58,472 nucleotides of DNA from assembly GCA_051294375.1 (NCBI GenBank), contig CM119266.1:3455510-3513981 (forward strand), written 5' to 3'. Origin of the DNA: Paraspadella gotoi (Eukaryota; Animalia; Chaetognatha). Shown piece by piece: positions 13,851 through 27,137 of this stretch (positions are counted from its first letter, which is position 1; each line of letters opens with the position of its first letter). Under the pieces are notes generated by a model. The model did no database searches. It saw only the letters and a program-made list of their open reading frames with translations, and was not told the origin of the DNA. A program made the translations under genes and the position numbers.

Positions 13851-14513
13851 TATGAGCGGGGAATAGGATTTTGTAGGAGCGAGGAATAGGAATATGTAGG
13901 AGCGGAAGAATAGAAATATGGGGGAGCGAAGTCTGGGGTAAAGGAATATGAAGACGTGATCGAGTAACACGTAGGAGCGAAGGTGTCAATGAATTCGAGA
14001 TTCGGGAAATTATCTCCAGTTTTTCTCCTCGTAGGAGGGAAGGGTGGAGGAAGAGGAGAGGAGAATTAGGAGGAGGGGAAGAGGAAGGAGGAGGAGGAGG
14101 AGAAGGGATGAGAATGAGGGAGGAGGAGGAGGAAGAGTAGGAAGGGAGAGAAGTCTTTTCCTTCTGTTTCGAATCAAAGAGAAAAACTTAAGTTTTTTAA
14201 TTTTCTTTTCTTTTTTTCCTCATAAAAATGATGATGAACTTCAATAGTCATAGAATCGAAAGATTGTTGGCTTAAGAAATAAATATGTAGCTCTGAACCA
14301 AAGGATAAAAAAAAGCAAGTAACAAAGTAAGAAGAAAAAGGAAGGAAGGAAGATAAGAAGCCATAAAGCACGAAACATCCAAGAAAACAAGACTGGAAAC
14401 GAGACAGGAAGCACAGACCAAGATGTATCGAAGAAAACAGATCATATGACGGAAATTTAAGGTTAAATTCCAACCAATTTATTATACGGATTAGAAGAAG
14501 ACGGAGAGAGAGA

Positions 14514-14578
<65 letters not shown>

Positions 14579-14883
14579 TAGAGATCCAGTCTTCCGTCAA
14601 CACCGAGAAGTTTTTCCTTGAAAAATGTTATTTGTCGTCAATTTTCTTTGAATTAAACTATAAAGAATTCGAGATAAAGTGAAAAAGTAAAAAAAAATAA
14701 TATGAATGAAGAAGATGAATTAATGCATGAAAGACTGACTGAACGAATAAATACATTGATAAATGCATGAATGAATGCAATGATTAATGAATGAATAAAT
14801 GAATGAATAAATGAATGAATGATGCGATGGATAAAAAAAGAAATGGAATTAATCAATCAATCAATCATTTTCTCGACATTCAG

Positions 14884-15116
14884 CGGGCCTTACCGCTTAC
14901 TATGCCGCCGCCGCGGCTTCGGGCTTCCTCACTTCGCCGCGCCGCCGCCGCTGCAGCCCGCGCGCCGCGGCTCCGTGTCGCCGACGAGCGGTGGCGCCGC
15001 GGCCGCCACGCCCACGACGCCGCTGCTGCCGCGGTGACGGATCTTTGGGCGGGGTTCCATCCAAGCCTCACCCAGAATCTGCAGAGGAACGAAGCCTTCG
15101 CTTTTCTTTCCAGCGG
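14884..15116 (+). pseudogene. Frameshifted mirror copy of the 29087-29327 exon (probably read error, not a true pseudogene)
   Basis: Same CAG and GTGAGT boundaries, but 233 vs 241 bp because of scattered small deletions. Confidence 0.6.
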
Positions 15117-15659
15117 GTGAGTTAAAGAGAGGGTCGAGATGTGGGCTGTATTTTATAATCACGTTTTTCTCCCTTAATCGTTAATTGATTTATTAATTAG
15201 ATTGATTTTTATGTTTTTTTCTCTTAATTTTTCAACCTCATTTTTTCTCAGTTGGTTTTTTTATTAGTTTTGTTTTGTTTAAATACATATATATGTCAAT
15301 GCAAGATATTATGTTTTTTTTGGTTCTCACACATGAACGAATTACGCAGTTTTTCTTAGTTTTGAATTTTCTCTTATCTCGAAAATAAAATATTTGAAAT
15401 TTATTACATTTTTATGATTTGTTCATTCTGACTTTTTCGTCAAAATTTTGGTCGTTTTATTTTTTTAAACTTCATATAAGGTAACAATAATGAAAATATT
15501 TTAAATATCCGGTGCATATTTTAATTATAGAAAAAAATAATTTTGACGTAATCATAGCCATTGTAATTTGTCAATAGTTATTAAAAGTCATTCGTTAAAA
15601 TTACACAAATAAATACGAGAATTTTCTGTTGGTTTAAAGTGATCAACTTCTCCTGAAAG

Positions 15660-15711
<52 letters not shown>

Positions 15712-18286
15712 CTCTTCTTCTCTCTTCTCTCTCTCTCTCTCTCTCTCGCTCTCGCGATATATCAACGACGAAGAGACTTCGCCGCCCATTTATTACACCT
15801 TCCCGGTTCGAGCGGTTAACACCTTGACAACATCATCATCATCATCGTCATCGTCATCATCATCATCATTCTTCATCATTTTTCATCATTGTCATTGTTA
15901 ACAGCATCAGCATTATTGTCATCATTTTTCATCATCATTATTGTTTCTTATCGTCATTGTCATCTTCAACAACAACTACAACCGCTTCGTCACCATTGTC
16001 ATAATGTCATACTCATCGTGAAATTGTCTTACTCTTTAAGTCACGGCTTCAGCCCTGACTCTGTCTGCTTTCTGTCTTTCTTGAATAAAGTAAGAAAGAA
16101 GTCTAATTAGTTACGGAAAAAGCACCGGCGTCTGAAACATGTGTTTTTAGAGATCCAATGAGAAAGAGCGAAGAAGGAGAAGCAAGAGGAAGAGGAGTAG
16201 AATGAAGAAGAAGAAGAAGAAGAAGAAGAAGAAGAAGAAGAAGAAGAAGAATAAAAAGGCGAGAATGAGTGGAAGAGAAATAAAGAGAAGTATCTGTAAT
16301 AAGAGAATTAAGGAAAAACTCGACGCTTGTTTCTCATTATCCTCTCCCCCTCTTCCTATAACTCTATTCATTGTTGACCTTCTGATAATCCTAATCCTTC
16401 TTCTCCCTCTCCCCTCCTCTTCTCCCTCTCCCCTCCTCTTCCTCCCTCTCCCTCCTCTTCCTCCCTCTTCCCTCCTCTTCCTCCCTCTCCCCCCTCTTCC
16501 TATAACTCTATTCATTGTTGACCTTCTGATAATCCTAATCCTTCTCTTCCTCCTCTCCCCCTCCTCTTCCTCCCTCTTCCCTCCTCTCCTCTTCCTCCTC
16601 TCCCCCTCTCTTCCTCTCTTCCCTCCTCTCTCCCTCTCCCCTCCTCTTCTCCCTCTCTCCCTCCTCTTCCTCCCTCTCTCCTCCTCTTCTCCTCTCCTCT
16701 CTTCCTCCTCTCCCTCCTCTTCCTCCTTCCCCTCTCTTCCTCCCTCTCTCCTCCTCTTTCCTCTCTCCTCCTCTTCCTCCTCTCTCCCTCCTCTTCCTCC
16801 TCTCTCCTCTTCCTCCCTCTTCCCCTCCCCCTCATCCTATAACTCAATTCATGGTTGTCTCCCTTCTTCTTCCTTCGCTTCGAGTTTCGGGCATAAATCC
16901 AGTTTTTTGAGGGAAGATTTATTTCTAACCTGGGAGAGCAGAGGTTGATGAGATGAGAAGATGAGGTTGAAGAGATGAGAGATTGAGGTTTGAAGAGAGG
17001 AGAGGATGAGGTTGAAGAGAGGATAAAATGAGGTTGAAGAGATGAGAAGATGAGGTTGAAGAGAGGAGAAGATGAGGTTGAAGAGATGAGAAGAATGAGG
17101 TTGAAGAGATGAGAAGATGAGGTTGAAGAGATGAGAGATGAGGTTGAAGAGATGAGAAGATGAGGTTGAAGAGAGGAGAGATGAGGTTGAAGAGAGGATA
17201 AGATGAGGTTGAAGAGATGAGAAAGATGAGGTTGAAGAGATGAGAAGATGAGGTTGAAGAGATGAGAAGATGAGGTTTAGAGATGAGAAGATGAGGTTGA
17301 AGAGATTAGAAGATGAGGTTAAAGAGATGAGAAGATGAGAAGATGACAAGAAGAAAGATTGGATGGAATGGTTGCAAAGTAGAAAAGTTCGTTGAAGCAG
17401 ATAAGGTCTGAAAAGTAACACTGTAATGCATGAGTATTTAGAATTTATAATTTAGAATCAGGCCTTCTGGCCTCAGTTATAAAAAACAAAAATAATAACA
17501 AAAAATCGTAATCTTTTAAATCTTTTATCTCAAGAACAAATATATATTATATTATTGTCACGTTTTATAAAATTACAAGTTTTTTGTAAACAATCTGTAA
17601 TTGCTTCAGTCGCATATGCGTTAATTAAAATTCCATTTTCCTTGAGCAATTTAATTAATGATTGTTAAAAACAAAGCTTATTTTAATCTACCTCCTGAAC
17701 CGATCGCTTTATCCGTGTCTCTCTGTCATCGTCGCTCTTTCTCTATCTTTCCCAAAATATTAAAATCTTTAGAGACGAAATATTTAAAAGAAAGATTATT
17801 GATTCTTTTATGGTTCGAATGAAACGGGATAGACGTAATCATCACTCGCTCTCTCCCCCCCTCTTTTTCGTGTCCATCAAAAATGCCTCTCTCTCTCTCT
17901 CTCTCTCTTCATCTCTTCTCTCTCTCAGGAACGTGGGAAGGTTTTTAAAAAACGATTTACATCGCGGTTAATTTTTTTCAATCGATGATAATCAATCAAC
18001 TGAATACAATAGTGTTTCTTCTAGGGAACTAGTATCTCGTGCGTCTCTCTCTCTCTCTCTTTCTCTCTCTTCTCTCTCTCTTTCTCTTTAAGCTTGTTTC
18101 TAGCAATTACACGCATTATTTTTTGCATTACCAAACGATGTAAATTTAAACTTAAAGATCATAAATTTTGGGTTGTGTTTCCAAGTCTGATGTTTCTTTT
18201 GCTCTTTCCCTTTTTTTTTCCTTTACGTCAAACAATACATTCATTTTCAATTCAAAAAAGCTAATGCAGCATAAAGAGACAAAGGA

Positions 18287-18353
<67 letters not shown>

Positions 18354-19901
18354 CCAAATTGATAGTCCCTCGATTAAATTCTCTCTTCCATCACCTCCAG
18401 AATTTCTCCTTCCATTTTGTCATTTTGTTTGGAGTACGATTCGCGCGGTCTTATTCGCCGTCAGCGCCATCATGCGGTCCGTCGTCGTCGTCGTCGTCGT
18501 CGTCGTTTACGGTAAATCAATCCATTCAAACTCAGTGACAACTCGATAAGTCATCGTTGAAAAGTCGTCTCTTTTCTTCTCATATATTTTTTTTTTTTTT
18601 GGTCATTATCAGAATAAGAATGACAAAGACATAATCGCTATGAACATCATTGTCATCAACATCAACATCACGATAAAAATTCTAATTTTAAACATCATTC
18701 TCATCATCATATTCGTTATCCATTATCAGTAAAAATCACCTTTATAAGACAGATTTAGTGATAATCATCATCATTATCGTCATCATCATTGTGATCATAT
18801 CATGAACGTTGAAATTATATGATTCATTTTCATAATTAACCTTAGGGCAGAGAGGATAAAAAGAAAACCAAAAAAGTTTCAATCTCTGAAACCTATAAAA
18901 TCTTAAAGAGACTTAATGAGACACTAAAGTTGTAGTCGGCGAAATGCAATCGAGGCAGGATTCTTTTAAATGCTAATTAAAATTTTTAAAAAAATTTTAT
19001 GAAATTATTTAAGTAGTTTTATTGAATTTGCTTACAATTGAATATGTCTATCATTATCTCCCAGTATAAGCTTTAATTTTAGACTTTCTACAATTTTTCA
19101 TTATTTAAAAATTATTATTATTTTTTAAAAAAGATTAATCAATTAGTTCTTTCGAACGGATTATTTTAAAATTAAGATACAAATATAATCTCAAAATGCA
19201 TTCTACTTATTAGGCCTCAGATAATTTTTTTCAATTAAATAATAATTAATCATATTCTCTCTGACGTACCGTATAACATAATCAACAAACTTTCTATTTC
19301 CTATTAATCTAAAAACACTTTCTCTCCCTTCATCATCATCGTCGTCGTCATCGTCGTCGTCGTCGTCGTTGTCGTCGTTTGTAATGTCGTGTTCATCGTC
19401 GTCACGTCGTCGTCGTTTTCGTCGTCATCCGATTCGCAGCTGCGTCTGTTTTGATTTCGTCTTTTTTGACGTCAAAAAAAAAATGAGTTTCGTCCTCAAA
19501 AGAAAAAAGTCTTTTTTTTGCGGATTTTGAAAATCTTTTTTCTTTGGTCGAGATTCGACTGTACTCTCTGCCAATTTTTGCGTTCACATTCGTCGGACCC
19601 TGGATCAAGCCTGGTCAAAGCTTGACAAAACTGGAAAATTATTTTTATGTTTTGAATATTTATTTTTCATGAAATGGTTCATCCAATTTAAAAATTATTT
19701 ATGCATTCAAAAAAAAGCTATCTTTTCCTGAAAATTGGACATGCCATGTCCAGGCTCATTTTCCGAACCTTACCAGACCCAACCTAACGAGACCCAACCT
19801 TACCAACCTACGAATCAAATTTAAGCTCAGATCGAGTTTCCAGTTATTTACGACTTTTCGGGTTTGATTTTAATTATCATCAGACCGCAAAGTGGGCAGA
19901 G

Positions 19902-19985
<84 letters not shown>

Positions 19986-20460
19986 TTTTTGTTTGAGCCC
20001 AAGACTAATCTTTAGATTGTTAAAGTCGTCTCAGGTTGTTTTTTAGTCATTACATTTTATCTTCATAATTAGTCTTAATCACAACAACAACCAGCACACA
20101 ACAACAACAACAGCACAACAACAACATTCTCATCCGTTTCCGACGCGTCGTCTCGCTGCCGCGCGCCGCGCCGCCGCCGCGCCGCCGCGCCGCCGCCGCC
20201 TCGCCGCCCCCCCGCGGTGCTCGCCACGGCGTTGTTGAAGGGGCCGACTTGGGGCTGCTGACGAACACGGGGCCAAAGAAAGAGGCGGAAGCGACGAGCC
20301 GAGTAGAGACTTTGACGGGCCGGATGGACGGACAGTGAAACGGACTTATGGAGGACAGACGGACGGACGTGAAGTCCGACGGACTTTAACAGTCGATTAT
20401 TCAGGCGGACTAAAAGGCAGGCGCCTGTAGGCGGAAATCTGGGCGACGTCCCGAGCAGAA

Positions 20461-20612
20461 GGGGCAGACTTAGCTCGCGTCCTTAAGCAGGCGGGAAAAA
20501 CTTGACTGCGACCTAATCAGGCGGGCAGACTAGATTGGCGTCCTTAATCAGGCGGGAAAACTAGAACTGCGACATTAATCAGGCGGCGGACTTAGATTGG
20601 TGTCCTTAATCA
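20461..20612 (+). repeat. ~32 bp alternating (dimeric) tandem repeat with core TAATCAGGCGGG; mirror at ~23277-23371
   Basis: A-type units (..CAGACTTAGATTGGCGTCCT) alternate with B-type units (..AAAACTATGACTGGCGACCT). There are five units on the left and three on the right. Confidence 0.8.
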
Positions 20613-20755
20613 GCATACAGTTTACTGGAGGAATCCCAGTTCAACGTCGATTGGCGCTTTTTTTTTCTTTCTTTTTTTTTTTAATCGGGTGGGAGACATT
20701 TCTTTCTACCTGGTTTCTATTTGACATTCATTGGACGACGACCCGACGACGACCA

Positions 20756-20788
<33 letters not shown>

Positions 20789-22589
20789 TACTATTCGCCT
20801 TGAATTGAAGTCTTTAAAATTCTGTTAGAAAGAAAAGGTGAAGGATTTTCCTGATTGAATTAAATTTAGTATCTACTACTATTTTCAAGGAATTAAAAGT
20901 TGATGAATAAAGATTGAAATAATGGAAATAAATACCAACGAGAAACGAACCACGCCTTTCGTGTTCTTTTTGATCAGTTTTTGTTTTGTTTTATGAGGAC
21001 GAACACCGGACGAGACGACGACGACGACGAAACTCAGTAGGGGGCGTGCGTGTTCTAGTTCAGATGGTGTCGTCGTCGTCGCGTTATCGTCGTTATCGTC
21101 TCATCGTCGTCATTGTCGTCCTCGTCGTCATCGTCGTCGCCACCGATGACGTGTCAACCACCGTCACTGTCTTCATCCAAGTCATAATTTCACCATGTCA
21201 TGTCTTCCCTTTGAGTCTCCCGCGCCGCCGCCGCCGCGCCCCGCCGCCGCCGCCGCCGCCGCCGCCGGCCGCCGCGCCGCCGCCGCCCCCCGCCGCCAAT
21301 TTTGGTGATTTTATTCGTTTTTATATAATTTGTGTCGTCGTTGTTGTTGTCGTCGGGGTAAAAAGGCTGAGCTGTTTCGGGTGCATTCTTACTTTCATTG
21401 TTTTGGTTGTCACATCAATTATCCTTTTTCGTCGTTGTCGTCGTTTTCCTCTTTCATTTGTTTTTATTTCCTCAGGATTTCTTTCTAATTCGCCACACGC
21501 GGCGCCGGATCGATTTGCCTGCATTTCCAAATTTAAATTATTTCTCGAGGTAATCGGTAGTTTTGAGTTACAAAAAAAAAAATTTAGCACTTTTCGGTTA
21601 TTTTTAAAAACGAGTAATTTATTCATATCAGTCGATGATATGAAATTAAGAGAATTGACCGCGGAGTTAATTTCAAAAACAGAATGATATATGACATTCT
21701 AAACTAAATCGAGGTTTTTCGTCTTTCCTTTATATATTCAAATTTTAACAACAATTCGGAATTTCAAATTTACAATTGCAGGTTTTTTACGAGATGAACT
21801 TTACAAGTGTGAATTATTCAGGATTCAAATGTGACCTCTCTCATCGGTTTTAACCAAGTGTACCGATTACTAAATATTTTACACTTGAAGTGCACAAAGA
21901 GAGAAGAGAGAGAAAGAGGGAGAGAGAGAGAGAGAGAGAGAGCGCGTATTCCGTGTCGGATGTCACAGTTGTATTTCTCGCCGTGGCACTTCAAAGTGTA
22001 AAATATTTAGTAATCGGTACACTTGGTTAAAACCGATTGAGAGAGGTCACATTTGAATCCTGAATAATTCACACTTGTAAAGTTCATCTCGTAAAAAACC
22101 TGAACTTGTAAATTTGAAATTCGAATTGTATTTTAAACATTTGAATATATAAAGGAAGACGAAAAACCTCCGAATTTAGTTAGAATGTCATATATCATTC
22201 TGTTTTTGAAATTAACCCCCCGCGTTCAATTCTCATTAATTTCATATCATCGACTGATATTGAATAAATTACTCGTTTTTAAAAATAACCGAAAAGTAGC
22301 TAAATTTTTTTTGTAACTCAAAACTACCGATTACCTCGAGAAATAATTTAAATTTGGAAATGAGGCAACCGATCCGCGCGCCGCGTGGTGGCGAATTAAG
22401 AAAGAAATCTGAGGAAATAAAAACAAATGAAAGAGGAAACGACGACAACGACGAAAAAGGGATAATTGATGTGACAACCAAAACAATCAAAGTAAGAATG
22501 ACACCCGAAACAGCTCAGCTCTTTACCCACGACGACAACAACAACGACGACAACAAAAATTATAATAAACGAATAAAATCCACCAAAAT

Positions 22590-22646
<57 letters not shown>

Positions 22647-23104
22647 GGAGACTCCAAAGGGAAGAACCATGACATCGGTGACAATTATGACTTGGATGAA
22701 GACAGTGACGGTGGTTGACACGTCATCGGTGGCGACGACGATGACGACGACGGCGACAATGACGACGATGACGACGATAACGACGATGACGGCGACGACG
22801 ACGACCACCATCTGAACTAGAACACTGCACGCCCCCTACTGAGTTCGTCGTCGTCGTCGTCGTCGTCGTCGGTTTCGTCCTCATTAAAACAAAACAAAAA
22901 CTGAATCAAAAAGAAACACGAAAGGCGTTGGTTCGTTTCTTCGTTTGGTAGTTTAACTTTCCATTATTTCAATCTTTTATTCATCAAACTTTTAATTCAT
23001 TTGAATAAGTAGTAGATACTAAATTTAATTCAATCAGGAAAATCCATTCACCTTTTCTTTTCTCACAGAATTTTAAAAGACTCAATTCAAAGGCGGAAGT
23101 AGTA

Positions 23105-23152
<48 letters not shown>

Positions 23153-23581
23153 CAATGAATGTCAAATAGAAAACCAGGTAGAAAGAAATGTCTCCCACCC
23201 GATTAAAAAAAAAAGAAAGAAAAAAAATAGCGCCAATCGACGTTGAAACTGGCTGTCCTCCCGTAAACTGTATGCCTGATTAAGGACGCCAATCTAAGTC
23301 CGCCCGCCTGATTAAGGTCGCCAGTCATAGTTTTCCCGCCTGCTTAAGGACGCCGAGCTAAGTCTGCCCCCTTCTTGCTCGGGACGTCGCCCAGATTTCC
23401 GCCTACAGGCGCCTGCCTTTTCGTCCGCCTGAATAATCGACTGTTAAAGTCCGTCGGACTTCAACAGTCCGTCCGTCTGTCCCTCCATCCGTCCGTTTCA
23501 ACTGTCCGTCCATCCGCCCGTCAAAGGTCTCTACTCTGGCCTCGTCCGCTTCCGCCCTCTTTCCTTTGGCCCCCGTGGTCG

Positions 23582-23770
23582 TCAGCAGCCCCAAGTCGGC
23601 CCCTTCAACAACGCCGTGGCGAGCACCGCGGGGGGGCGGCGAGGCGGCGGCGGCGCGGCGGCGCGGCGGCGGCGCGGCGCGCGGCAGCGAGACGACGCGT
23701 CGGAAACGGATGAGAATGTTGTTGTTGTGCTGTTGTTGTTGTTGTGTGCTGGTTGTTGTTGTGATTAAGA
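23582..23770 (-). CDS. Candidate poly-Gln/poly-Ala exon (frame disrupted by read errors)
   Basis: Interrupted CAA/CAG and GCC runs flank ...HSHPFPTRRLA(n)SPPP/AVLATALLKGPTWGC*. Frame and splice sites cannot be fixed because the GCC run has single-base dropouts. Confidence 0.3.
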
Positions 23771-23854
23771 CTAATTATGAAGATAAAATGTAATGACTAA
23801 AAAACAACCTGAGACGGACTTTAACAACTCTAAAGATTAGTCTTGGGCTCAAAC

Positions 23855-23892
<38 letters not shown>

Positions 23893-25412
23893 NNNNNNNN
23901 NNNNNNNNNNNNNNNNNNNNNNNNNNNNNNNNNNNNNNNNNNNNNNNNNNNNNNNNNNNNNNNNNNNNNNNNNNNNNNNNNNNNNNNNNNNNNNNNNNNN
24001 NNNNNNNNNNNNNNNNNNNNNNNNNNNNNNNNNNNNNNNNNNNNNNNNNNNNNNNNNNNNNNNNNNNNNNNNNNNNNNNNNNNNNNNNNNNNNNNNNNNN
24101 NNNNNNNNNNNNNNNNNNNNNNNNNNNNNNNNNNNNNNNNNNNNNNNNNNNNNNNNNNNNNNNNNNNNNNNNNNNNNNNNNNNNNNNNNNNNNNNNNNNA
24201 TAAATAATTTTTAAATTGGATGAACCATTTTCATAAAAAATAAATAGTTCAAAAACATAAAAATAATTTTACAGTTTTGTCAAGCTTTGACCAGGCTTGA
24301 TCCAGGGTCCGGACGAAATGTTGAAACCGCCAAAAATTGGCAGAGAGTACAGTCGAATCTCCGACCAAAGAAAAAAAAGATTTTCAAAAAATCCCGCCAA
24401 AAAAAAAGACTTTTTTCTTTTGAGGACGAAACTCATTTTTTTGACGTCAAAAGACGAAATCAAAACAGACGCAGCTGCGAATCGGATGACGACGAAAACG
24501 ACGACGACGATGACGACGATGACAACGACAATTACAACGACGACAACGACGACGACGACGACGATGACGACGACGATGATGATGAAGGGAGAGAAAGTGT
24601 TTTAGATTAATAGGAAATAGAAAAGTTTGTTGATTATGTTATACGGTACGTCAGAGAGAATATGATTAAATTATTATTAATTGAAAAAAAATTATCTTGA
24701 GGCCTAATAAGTAGAAATGCATTTTGAGATTATATTTGTATCTTTAATTTTAAAATAATCCGTTCGAAAGAACTAATTGATTAATCTTTTTTAAAAAAAT
24801 AATAATAATTTTTAAATAATGAAAAATTGTAGAAAGTCTAAAATTAAAGCTTATACTTGGGAGATAATGATAGACATATTCAAATTGTAAGCAAATTCAA
24901 TAAAACTACTTAAATAATTTCATAAATTTAAAAAAAAATTTTAATTAGCATTTAAAAGAAATCCTGCCTCGATTGCATTTCGCCGACCTACAACTTTAAG
25001 TGTCTCATTAAGTCTCTTTAAGATTTTATAGGTTTCAGAGATGAAACTTTTTTGGTTTCTTTTTTATCCTCTCTGCCCTAAGGTTAATTATGAAAATGAA
25101 TCATATAATTTCAACGTTCATGATTATGATCACAATGATGATGACGATAATGATGATGATTATCACTAAATCTGTCTTTTAAAGTTGATTTTTAATGATA
25201 ATGATAACGAATATGATGATGAGAATGATGTTTAAAATTAGAATTTTTATCGTGATGTTGATGTTGATGACAATGATGTTCATAGCGATTATGTCTTTGT
25301 CATTCTTATTCTGATAATGACCAAAAAAAAAAAAATATATGAGAAGAAAAGAGACGACTTTTCAACGATGACTTATCGGAGTTGTCACTGAGTTTTGAAT
25401 GGATTGATTTAC

Positions 25413-25488
25413 CGTAAACGACGACGACGACGACGACGACGGACCGCATGATGGCGCTGACGGCGAATAAGACGCGCGAAGATCGTAA
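25413..25488 (-). CDS. Candidate next exon of the same gene (Ser/Pro-rich)
   Basis: Acceptor tcattttgtttGAG and donor ACG|GTAAAT. The 76 nt (1+75) are phase-compatible with the previous exon, giving ...SSG-YDLRASYSPSAPSCGPSSSSSSSFT. The GAG acceptor is suboptimal. Confidence 0.4.
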
Positions 25489-25981
25489 CTCAAACAAAAT
25501 GACAAAATTGAAGGAGAAAATTCTGGAGGTGATGGAAGAGAGAATTTAATCGAGGGACTATCAATTTGGAGCTCTCTCTCTCTCTCTCTCTCTCTCTCNN
25601 NNNNNNNNNNNNNNNNNNNNNNNNNNNNNNNNNNNNNNNNNNNNNNNNNNNNNNNNNNNNNNNNNNNNNNNNNNNNNNNNNNNNNNNNNNNNNNNNNNNN
25701 NNNNNNNNNNNNNNNGAGGAGGGGAGGACGAGACGCGGCAGGCCGGATGAGGGAGTGAGAGGAGTCTCTCTCTCTCTCTCTTCCTTTGTCTCTTTATGCT
25801 GCATTAGCTTTTTTGAATTGAAAATGAATGTATTGTTTGACGTAAAAGGAAAAAAAAAGGGAAAGAGCAAAAGAAACATCAGACTTGGAAACACAACCCA
25901 AAATTTATGATCTTTAAGTTTAAATTTACATCGTTTGGTAATGCAAAAAATAATGCGTGTAATTTGCTAGAAACAAGCTTA

Positions 25982-26027
<46 letters not shown>

Positions 26028-26143
26028 CGCACGAGATACTAGTTCCCTAGAAGAAACACTATTGTATTCAGTTGATTGATTTATCATCGATTGAAAAAAT
26101 TTAAACCGCGATTGTAAATCGTTTTTAAAAACCTTCCCACGTC

Positions 26144-26188
<45 letters not shown>

Positions 26189-26734
26189 CATTTTGATGAC
26201 ACGAAAAAGAGGGGGGGGAGAGAGCGAGATGATACGTATCCCGTTTCATTCGAACCATAAAAGAATCAATAAATCTTCTTTTAAATATTTCGTCTCTAAA
26301 GATTTTAATATTTTGGGGAAAGATCAGAGAAAAGAGCCGACGATGACAGAGAGACACGGATAAAGCGATCGGTTCAGGAGGGAGATTAAAATAAGCTTTG
26401 TTTTTAACAATCAGTTAATTAAAATTGCTCAAGGAAAATGGAATTTTAATTAACGCATATTGCGACTGAAGCAATTACAGATTGTTTACAAAAACTTGTA
26501 ATTTTTATAAAACGTTGACAATAATATAATATATATATTTGTTCTTGAGAATAAAAGATTTAAAAGATTACGATTTTTTGTTATTATTTTTGTTTTTTAT
26601 AACTGAGGCCAGAAGGCCTGATTCTAAATTATAAATTCTAAATACTCATGCATTACAGTGTTACTTTTCAGACCTTATCTGCTTCAAACTGAACTTTTCT
26701 ACTTTGCAACCATTCCATCCAATCTTTTCTTCTT

Positions 26735-27137
26735 GTCATCTTCTCATCTTCTCATCTCTTTAACCTCATCTTCTAATCTCTTCAACCTCATCTTCTCATC
26801 TCTTAAACCTCATCTTCTCATCTCTTCAACCTCATCTTCTCATCTCTTCAACCTCATCTTCTCATCTCTTCAACCTCATCTTCTCATCTCTTCAACCTCA
26901 TCTTCTCATCTCTTCAACCTCATCTTCTCATCTCTTCAACCTCATCTTCTCATCTCTTCAACCTCATCTTCTCATCTCTTCAACCTCATCTTCTCATCTC
27001 TTCAACCTCATCTTCTCCTCTCTTCAACCTCATCTTCTCATCTCTTCAACCTCATTTTATCCTCTCTTCAACCTCATCCTCTCCTCTCTTCAACCTCATC
27101 TTCTCATCTCTTCAACCTCATCTTCTCATCTCATCAA
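26735..27137 (+). repeat. 22 bp minisatellite (CTCTTCAACCTCATCTTCTCAT)n; mirror copy at ~16942-17345
   Basis: About 17-18 tandem units are directly visible. This repeat is the source of the pseudo-ORFs 26658..27158 and 16849..17421. Confidence 0.95.

Larger units (their letters stand above)
13080..21895 (+). repeat. Left arm of giant inverted repeat (noisier copy)
   Basis: Reverse complement of 21983-31158 along its length: TACCAGGTTCAGTACAGG at 13080 vs CCTGTACTGAACCTGGTA ending at 31158, and TGAAGTGCAC at ~21895 vs GTGGCACTTCA at 21983. It has no gaps and many 1-bp deletions relative to the right arm. Confidence 0.97.

Noticed and set aside
16849-17421. 190 aa ORF and its mirror 26658..27158
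   Set aside because: Both are translations of the 22 bp minisatellite.
20461-20612. CRISPR-like regular repeats with core TAATCAGGCGGG
   Set aside because: The apparent spacers are themselves alternating repeats, there are no cas genes, and the context is eukaryotic.
21896-21982. Sequencing adapter at the palindrome centre
   Set aside because: It does not match the SMRTbell or nanopore adapter sequences as I recall them beyond a generic GA run.
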